Source: a virus (taxonomy: Duplodnaviria; Caudoviricetes). Taken from it: a stretch of 41,099 bases of DNA. The position numbers and the translations under genes are program-made. The notes under the pieces are model-generated. The model saw nothing but the letters and a program-made list of their open reading frames with translations, had not been told where the DNA came from and ran no database searches. Each line of letters opens with the position of its first letter. Position 1 is the stretch's first letter. The stretch is from positions 1 to 41,099 of the IMG/VR virus record IMGVR_UViG_3300022719_000282; one strand, given 5' to 3'. Positions 35,322-41,099 of the stretch are shown piece after piece.

Positions 35322-35723
35322 TTATTTTCGATTTGGCGGGTTTGCAGAAAAAGCCGTGTCCAAATACGTATTCCGTGGCGATGGTTTTGTATCGCAAAAA
35401 TTTTGACTCCCACATTGAAAATATCGGGAGTCCGGCCCTCCCTTCTTCAATCTTTTGATTGTCGGCGGCTCAAGGGCGTACCGGCACCAGGACGCGAACG
35501 TGCCAGCGGGGACGGCGGCGATCATCTCGGGGGTGACCCGGAGATTGCTGCGGATTGCCTGTCCGGCGATTTTTGGGACGGTTTTGAAGTCGCGGCGGTA
35601 CATGCAGTCGGCAAGGCGGCCTCTGACGTAGGGTGAAAATCTGATTGCGTGGTGATCGCAGAATTCGTCGATTCGACGCTTCTGCTCGCGGGATAGGTAA
35701 ATCGAAGTCTGTATCGTGTTCAT
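35322..35723 (-). CDS. Ribbon-helix-helix-like DNA-binding protein
   Basis: GAGGAG RBS; QTSIYLSREQKRRIDEFC...FSPYVR, with a second similar unit SNLRVTPEM...FASWCR. Confidence 0.55.
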   Translation of the reverse strand: MNTIQTSIYLSREQKRRIDEFCDHHAIRFSPYVRGRLADCMYRRDFKTVPKIAGQAIRSNLRVTPEMIAAVPAGTFASWCRYALEPPTIKRLKKGGPDSRYFQCGSQNFCDTKPSPRNTYLDTAFSANPPNRK

Positions 35724-35966
35724 TATTTGCTCCTCACTAAAATGGATCACGCCCAATCAGGTTTCCTAGTTTTCATCAATTCAGCGGGCGGCGGGATGTC
35801 GCCTGCCTGTTCCTCGCCTGTTGTTCCTGCTCAGGCTTTTTCACGGGCTTTGCGGAAGGATTTGTCAAATTAGGCTTCGGGGAGTATTGGATATGGTCTT
35901 CATCAAAAACGACAAATCCAACCCCCCGCGAAGCCATGCAAATAGTATATTCCTTTCGGCTGTGAT

Positions 35967-36554
35967 GTGCAATATTATGTCGAGCATTGGCGCGATCTGC
36001 GGCCGCCCCGGCCCAGCCGTTGTCCCTTCGCGGATTGCGATGCGGGCGCATTGCAGCGCCACGGTCATTATCTCCGGCAGGCGATTCTCCAGGACAGGGT
36101 CGCGAAGTTCGGCGTGCATCGATATCGATGCCGGCGTTGCCAACGCACGGTGAGCTTCCTTCCCGACTTCTGTGTTCCGCATAAGCATTATTGCGCCGAC
36201 ATCATCTACTGGATGTTGTCGTTGGTGCTCTTAGTCGGTCATTGCGTAACGGCGGTGAGCAACCCGTTCGGCCGTCTGAACGAGGCCGGCTGCAGCCGCT
36301 GGTGCGTCGACGAGTGGCTCCGCCAATTTAAGCGCAACAGCAACAATCTCCGGCAATTTGGTATTCCCCGTCTCCTTGGTTATCGGCCTGTCCATGGCGA
36401 TCCGGCTTCGCTTTTGCGCATCCTTGTCGGTGTCGCCGCAAAGGAAATAGATTCTCCCAACCACGTCTTTCGTTTCTGTCAACAGGCGCTCTGCCGAAAG
36501 CCGCCGCCGTTCGGACTTTTCCGGGCGGTTCTATTGCCCGGCTGTGTTACCTGA
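35967..36554 (+). CDS. Zn-finger transposon protein (DUF6431-like); likely true ATG at 35936 is out of frame
   Basis: RP.RCP..DC...L.RHG.Y.R...RYRC..C.RT.S.LPDF..P.KHY. Confidence 0.75.
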   Translation: MQYYVEHWRDLRPPRPSRCPFADCDAGALQRHGHYLRQAILQDRVAKFGVHRYRCRRCQRTVSFLPDFCVPHKHYCADIIYWMLSLVLLVGHCVTAVSNPFGRLNEAGCSRWCVDEWLRQFKRNSNNLRQFGIPRLLGYRPVHGDPASLLRILVGVAAKEIDSPNHVFRFCQQALCRKPPPFGLFRAVLLPGCVT

Positions 36555-36853
36555 TCGAACTCAACAGGCTTCTTCCTTCGCGATTTCTCGTGTCGACTTG
36601 CCGCGAAATTATTCCTGAACGATCCCCAACTTTCTGTCTTTCCTTTCTTGTCATGGCGCTTCTGTGTCGGCGGTCGCGCTCGACGACGGATTAATAAAGG
36701 CCCTTCGGCTTTGCGATCGCCCCTGAAACTCCGTCCCCATACTTCCGAACATGCCGAATCGCCAGATCTACGCTCTTGTGTCGGCAAAACAACCGAAAGT
36801 TCGGCCATTCCCAATCGATCGTCTCACATCTCTAAACAGGAGGAACGCCAACA

Positions 36854-38116
36854 ATGTCGAAAGATTCAGCCCAACAACAACAAATGGCCTATTTCCGCTA
36901 CGGAGTCATCGCCCCCCTGCTCGCCGACGAGCCGGACCGCACCTTAAAGGAACGGATCGCCGAGCAGGCCGCCCGCCTATGGGTGCTTCCCGATGGAAAA
37001 GTCAAACACATCGGTTATGGAACCATCGAACACTGGCTCTACGACTACCGGCGCGGCGGCATCGAAGCCCTCCGAAACCAGCAGCGACAGGATGCCGGAT
37101 CGTTCCGCGGAATCGACGGAAACCTCGCTTCCATTATCGACAATATCCTCGAAAATCATCCGAGCTTGCGCACCCACGCGGTCGTCGAGCATCTGCGCCG
37201 TCACGATCTGCTCGGAGAACGCCCGCCAAGTCAAAGCACGCTTTATCGCTACATCAAAGCCCATCGACCGGCCGGCCCAGCACGCAGCCAACCCGAGCGC
37301 CGCAGTTTCGAAGCCCCCTACGCCGGCTATCTCTGGCAAGCAGACATCATGTACGGACCCCATCTGCCCGCCCCCCTCCCAAACGGACGAACCCGCAAAC
37401 ACCAGACATTCCTTATCGCTGCGCTCGACGATCATTCCAGGCTGCTTTGTCATGGAGAGTTCTTCTTTCAGCAGAATCTCGCCGCCTGGCTATGCTGCCT
37501 CGAAACCGCCGTCCGAAAGCGCGGAATTCCAAGAAAACTCTATTGCGACAACGGCCAGGTCTTTACCTCGCACCATGTCAAAGAAATCGCCGCTCGACTC
37601 GGCATGGAAATACTCCATACCCCCCTGCGCGACGGCGCGGCCAAGGGAAAAATAGAAAAGTTCTTCTTGCGATGCCGACGCAGCTTCCTCGAACCCACCT
37701 TCGAACTCGATCCGCCAAGGACTATCGGCCAACTCAACGCCGCATTCTTCAAGTGGGCCGAAGACGAGTACAACCATGTCGTCCACCGCGCCTTCGGCGA
37801 CACCCCCATTCGCCGATTCATGGAAACTTCATCGCATATGCGACCATTGCCTGAAGACGATCGCACCCTCTTCCATGTCCGATGCCGCCGAACCGTCAAA
37901 AAGGACGGCACATTCAGTCTCAATGCAAAACGATTCGAAACCGATCCCGCTCTCGTCGCCTGCCGCATCGACGTCTCATACGACCTGCGCGAGCCCGACG
38001 TCACTTACGTCCATTGGCAGGGAATCGACTACGGAAAGGCCAACCTCATCGACTTGAAGGCCAACTGCAAAAGACCCCGACGCGACAACCGAAAAGGAGA
38101 TGACGACAATGCGTAA
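36854..38116 (+). CDS. DDE integrase/transposase (rve core, Mu-like C-terminus)
   Basis: FRYGVIAPL, WQADIM, LDDHSR, LYCDNG, KGKIEKFF; AGGAGG RBS. Confidence 0.93.
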   Translation: MSKDSAQQQQMAYFRYGVIAPLLADEPDRTLKERIAEQAARLWVLPDGKVKHIGYGTIEHWLYDYRRGGIEALRNQQRQDAGSFRGIDGNLASIIDNILENHPSLRTHAVVEHLRRHDLLGERPPSQSTLYRYIKAHRPAGPARSQPERRSFEAPYAGYLWQADIMYGPHLPAPLPNGRTRKHQTFLIAALDDHSRLLCHGEFFFQQNLAAWLCCLETAVRKRGIPRKLYCDNGQVFTSHHVKEIAARLGMEILHTPLRDGAAKGKIEKFFLRCRRSFLEPTFELDPPRTIGQLNAAFFKWAEDEYNHVVHRAFGDTPIRRFMETSSHMRPLPEDDRTLFHVRCRRTVKKDGTFSLNAKRFETDPALVACRIDVSYDLREPDVTYVHWQGIDYGKANLIDLKANCKRPRRDNRKGDDDNA

Positions 38117-38927
38117 CCACACACAAACATTCTTCGGCTTGAAAGACCCTGTATTTACCAGGCCGCCAAAAACGCCGTATCTCGACCCGCACCGCAAGGA
38201 AGTCCTCGACCAGCTTCAAAACCTCGTCCAACGCCGCGGATTCGCTGTACTCACGGCCCCGCCCGGATGTGGGAAAACAACCCTGATGCATTACCTCGCC
38301 CGCGACCTTAACGAAAACCATCATCGAGTCCTCTATGTGCCCTTCTCATTCCTCGAACAAGCCAATATGCTCCAGTTCATCGCCTCGCGCATGGGACTCC
38401 AGGAAAAACGAGGCATGGCCGCTTCATTGCGACAGATTCAGAAATATCTCGACGACATCCAGCCTGTGAACCCCCTCATCGTCCTCGACGAGGTCGAACG
38501 AATCGAAATCCAGACCATGGCCATGATCCGCATGATCGCCAACGACCGACCCGATACCGCCCACCACTGCACCTTGATCCTCGCCGGCGCCGACAGCTTC
38601 GTCCAACAGAAACTAAGGCTCCATGTCAACGAGCCGCTGCGACAGCGCATTACAGTGTATGCACGACTCCGAACATTGGATCGAAAGCATACCGGCAACT
38701 ACATCCAACACTATCTCGATCAGGCCGGGGCGCCCTCTGAACTGTTCGACCCGCCGGCTGTCCAGCTCATTCACGAACTCGCCAACGGCATCCCCAGACT
38801 CATCAATACTCTAGCCGAGACCGCCATGGACATCGCCGCCGAACAACACCGGCGCTGCGTCGACCTCGAACACGTTCGCCAAGCCGCTGAATGGGCCTTG
38901 CTGCCCCAGCCCGCCAAACCGGAATGA
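38100..38927 (+). CDS. ExeA-like AAA+ ATPase (transposition regulator)
   Basis: Walker A APPGCGKT, Walker B IVLDE, LRQRI and GIPRLIN. Confidence 0.9.
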   Translation: MTTMRNHTQTFFGLKDPVFTRPPKTPYLDPHRKEVLDQLQNLVQRRGFAVLTAPPGCGKTTLMHYLARDLNENHHRVLYVPFSFLEQANMLQFIASRMGLQEKRGMAASLRQIQKYLDDIQPVNPLIVLDEVERIEIQTMAMIRMIANDRPDTAHHCTLILAGADSFVQQKLRLHVNEPLRQRITVYARLRTLDRKHTGNYIQHYLDQAGAPSELFDPPAVQLIHELANGIPRLINTLAETAMDIAAEQHRRCVDLEHVRQAAEWALLPQPAKPE

Positions 38928-38949
38928 TAACCTGCGTCTAGCAACTCCA

Positions 38950-39186
38950 ATGAAAAAGACCCTCGCCCAACTTATCGCCGAATGGAGTCGTTTGAAAAAT
39001 CAGAACCGCGTTCTCCTTTGGCTGCTTCTCAACAAACACGACTCCGAATTGACCCTCATACTCGCAAGCGCCGACGAACACGGCAGCCTCGACGATCTAC
39101 TCAGATTCATGGCGTGGGCGTTCGAACGCGGATTACTCCCGGACATCCACCGAAACTGCGATCATGACGATCAGATCCCTTTTTGA
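38950..39186 (+). CDS. Small transposon accessory protein
   Basis: 78 aa inside the TIRs, ends DDQIPF. Confidence 0.6.
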   Translation: MKKTLAQLIAEWSRLKNQNRVLLWLLLNKHDSELTLILASADEHGSLDDLLRFMAWAFERGLLPDIHRNCDHDDQIPF

Positions 39187-39466
39187 GCCCGCAAATAGCC
39201 CGACGCTAAACTAAGGAACTCTCACGATAAACAAGGGAAAAAGCACGTTCATCTCCCTTCCGCTCATTGGAAACAAAGACTTGAAAAACTAGCATGAAGA
39301 ACCCGGTATAAGCGCCGGAGCCCGAAGTCAGGCGACGTTATCCCGGTAGTCTTCTTGACCCTCTCGCCGGGCCGATATACACTCATCTTTTTCTATCCAA
39401 ATCCGATCAAGAACTTGAGAAAAAGCCCGCGAAATAGCCTGACAGGGAACACCTGACGGTTCTACC

Positions 39467-39486
39467 CCTGCCTGCCGGCAGGCAGG
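39467..39486. repeat. Short palindromic repeat copy 7 (perfect 20-bp palindrome, intergenic)
   Basis: CCTGCCTGCCGGCAGGCAGG, identical to 4351-4370. Confidence 0.9.
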
Positions 39487-39501
39487 CGTTGTCTCTTAAA
39501 T

Positions 39502-39544
39502 AAAAAACCCCGCACTGGGGTAATGCCAGTACGGGGTTTTTTTT
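39502..39544. terminator. Bidirectional rho-independent terminator
   Basis: AAAAAACCCCG-C-ACTGG loop CCAGT-A-CGGGGTTTTTTTT between convergent transcription units. Confidence 0.85.
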
Positions 39545-39592
39545 GGTTCCGGCGGCGGCAGTCTCGTCAGCGCGACGGACCGGGGGACGTCA

Positions 39593-39814
39593 TCAGATCG
39601 CCTCCAATCTGACGCCGCAGCCGTCGGCCGTTTGCTCAATGACCACGTCCTGCGGGCCGCGCTCCGATAGATTGCCCCCGCAGGAGCAATCTGTCATCCC
39701 GCAAAGGGCCCGGCGGACCCGCTTTATCTGGCCCGCCGTCAGCGTCGCGGGGAGCGAGGAGAACCGGACGCGGGCCTCCGTGCCGTGGAAGTTGTTCTTG
39801 ATCGTGATTTTCAT
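39593..39814 (-). CDS. Small early hypothetical protein
   Basis: AGGAG RBS; LCG..DCSCGG motif. Confidence 0.7.
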   Translation of the reverse strand: MKITIKNNFHGTEARVRFSSLPATLTAGQIKRVRRALCGMTDCSCGGNLSERGPQDVVIEQTADGCGVRLEAI

Positions 39815-39834
39815 TCTCTTCTCCTCCTGTTTGG

Positions 39835-40023
39835 TTACAGTGCTTGATAGTAAAAATCGATTTTACCGCGACGGCCCGCAAACAACAGGCCGTTTTGAGC
39901 CGTCCATAAGTCGCTGCCGGTGCCGTGGCACTCAAACCAGCCGCCGCCGCGATAAGTCCAGCCGGTCGCGTAAATCACATCACGCACCGCCCCAACATAG
40001 CTTTTTTTCATCATAATTTTCAT
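39835..40023 (-). CDS. Small early hypothetical protein
   Basis: AGGAGG RBS before ATG 40023; 62 aa. Confidence 0.65.
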   Translation of the reverse strand: MKIMMKKSYVGAVRDVIYATGWTYRGGGWFECHGTGSDLWTAQNGLLFAGRRGKIDFYYQAL

Positions 40024-40127
40024 GGTGTCCCTCCTGTTTTGTTGGCCGGTTACGCCCCGGCAAGCGCCCCAGGATGTCGGCCCCGGGAGCCTCAGCAGCG
40101 AGCCACTCAGCCCGCCCTCACAATTAC

Positions 40128-40156
40128 AGTATACACCAGCCCGGGGGACAATGCAA
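40128..40156 (-). promoter_or_regulatory. Sigma70-type promoter (leftward)
   Basis: TTGCAT-N17-TATACT on minus strand, upstream of the two small early genes. Confidence 0.7.
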
Positions 40157-40312
40157 GCCCTAAAAACATAAATTTCCAAAGTTTTTTCAGAAAAACATCA
40201 AGTCACTACAAACACGCAACTTGCACAACAAAATATTTTCCCGGAAAACGCGGTCAACGTTGTATACGCGAGGGTAAACGTGTAATCGAGGTGATAACGC
40301 GCAATTGTACGC

Positions 40313-40341
40313 TTGACTTTTCGCCGCCGGCTCGCTAAATT
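40313..40341 (+). promoter_or_regulatory. Sigma70-type promoter (rightward)
   Basis: TTGACT-N17-TAAATT upstream of ORF 40401. Confidence 0.55.
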
Positions 40342-40400
40342 GGGCACAGGCGGCTGGGGGATACCGTGACCAACCTAAAAACCGGAGCAGGACACGCAAC

Positions 40401-40835
40401 ATGAGACGCAGCAAGGATCCAATCCTCAATACCGCGCTACTCAACCTCTACCTTGCAGGCATGGACGTCTGGCGTATCGTCCTACCAGTCAACAGACTCA
40501 TACCCATCATCATCACACTGTCCCACAGAGCAGCCAGGTCGGAGCCAGACAGGACACCGTTCCGAGCCTACAATTCGGCCGCGAACGACACTCATACATA
40601 TATCCATGGCGCTAAGCCGCAACACCTTCCACCTCTCACCCGGACCCATGATCGACCTTACCCTAGAGTACTCCACCCCTACTTCACCCCTGATGGACTC
40701 CTTAAAGACGATATCTCGCTGCCTATGTACCATGACCCAAGCCCCTACATGGCCCCTATCCCACACCTACCAGGCAAGGATCACCAGGACTTAGGCGACC
40801 CCATAAGTAATATAGACCCGTCCGATGTGTCATAA
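40401..40835 (+). CDS. Hypothetical Pro/His/Asp-rich protein
   Basis: 144 aa with AGGA RBS; composition reflects the local C/A-rich strand. Confidence 0.5.
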   Translation: MRRSKDPILNTALLNLYLAGMDVWRIVLPVNRLIPIIITLSHRAARSEPDRTPFRAYNSAANDTHTYIHGAKPQHLPPLTRTHDRPYPRVLHPYFTPDGLLKDDISLPMYHDPSPYMAPIPHLPGKDHQDLGDPISNIDPSDVS

Positions 40836-40871
40836 CGTGTTGTCAGTAATTGATTTGATGCCGGATTGTCA

Positions 40872-40899
40872 ACTATACATACCAGATATTATGCGACGT
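40872..40899 (-). other. dif-like XerC/XerD site
   Basis: Minus strand ACGTCGCATAA-TATCTG-GTATGTATAGT vs E. coli dif GGTGCGCATAA-TGTATA-TTATGTTAAAT (7/11 in each arm, 6-bp spacer); intergenic. Confidence 0.55.
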
Positions 40900-40936
40900 T
40901 GTGACAGTACCTATACATGGATTTTCGCTTTCGATG

Positions 40937-41099
40937 GGGGGGGGGCATTGGGCCTCCGGGGGGCTCTTATATGGGCAATTGCCTTCCGAGTTCTGCGTTT
41001 TAATTTTGAAACTTAGCGTCATTTTAGTCGCGTTTTAATTTATGGTTTCTTCTCGTTCCAAGTCGAAGTTGGTTTCTCGTGCTGATGCTCGTGTTTTCC
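40937..41099. repeat. Terminal direct repeat, right copy
   Basis: Matches 1-163 with two mismatches. Confidence 0.95.

Larger units (their letters stand above)
35822..39451 (+). mobile_element. Complete 3,630-bp DDE/ExeA-ATPase transposon
   Basis: TGT...ACA ends; TIRs TGTTCCTGCTCAGGCTTTTTCACGGGCTTT (35822-35851) vs TGTTCCCTGTCAGGCTATTTCGCGGGCTTT (rc 39422-39451), 25/30 identical; flanks CCTGT (35817-35821) and CCTGA (39452-39456). Confidence 0.88.

Noticed and set aside
35960-35985. Second dif-like half site (TTATGTCGAG)
   Set aside because: No XerC-like arm, and it lies in coding sequence
36751-37854. 367-aa alternative-frame ORF overlapping the transposase, and other long shadow ORFs
   Set aside because: Arg/Pro-rich low-information translation expected from C-rich codon bias; no motifs
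36854-38927. Mu-like transposable phage (A/B genes)
   Set aside because: The genes sit inside their own TIRs and TSD, and the phage has an iteron-type initiator and no host DNA at its ends
39318-39340. Second attC (contains GAAGTCAGGC as in the 30638 site)
   Set aside because: No AAC/GTT core pair or complementary arm
1-41099. Apparent excess of CGATCG/TCGA words (HIP1-like)
   Set aside because: Not quantified, few full GCGATCGC octamers were seen, and it may follow from Ile-Asp/Ile-Glu codon usage
1-41099. tRNA/rRNA genes or stop-codon recoding
   Set aside because: No cloverleaf or rRNA-like segments were noticed, and core genes are intact under the standard code

Overview
The window is an essentially complete tailed-phage genome with a unit length of about 40,936 bp. 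Positions 1-163 recur at 40937-41099 with 2 mismatches, so it is circular or terminally redundant. Podovirus-like architecture is inferred from a P22-type portal, an N4-gp56/DUF4043-like capsid, adaptor and nozzle genes, ejection proteins including an LPD38-type giant, and no tape measure. Gene order on the + strand: terS/terL, portal, scaffold, capsid, tail, GNAT and ejection genes, three tandem paralogous beta-helix proteins, and a lysis-like cluster with no recognisable endolysin. The early region follows, with an RHH regulator, YqaJ exonuclease, putative annealase, SSB-like protein, DUF1064-like nuclease, RNA-ligase-like protein, and a replication initiator with internal iterons. No integrase or CI-like repressor was recognised, but a dif-like 28-mer sits next to the putative packaging end. 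Four kinds of foreign DNA overlie this backbone. (i) A complete 3,630-bp TGT...ACA transposon (35822-39451) has 30-bp TIRs and a near-perfect 5-bp TSD, and encodes a Zn-finger protein, a DDE transposase, an ExeA-like ATPase and a small protein ending in an SSB-like tail. (ii) A doubly truncated IS21-related fragment lies antisense to the early operon. (iii) A solitary canonical integron attC lies in reverse orientation. (iv) Seven copies of a 20-21-bp CCTGYCTG...RCAGG palindrome look like insertions: the coding copies are frame-preserving 21-mers with shared flanking contexts. Family names come from motif recognition by eye, not from database searches.
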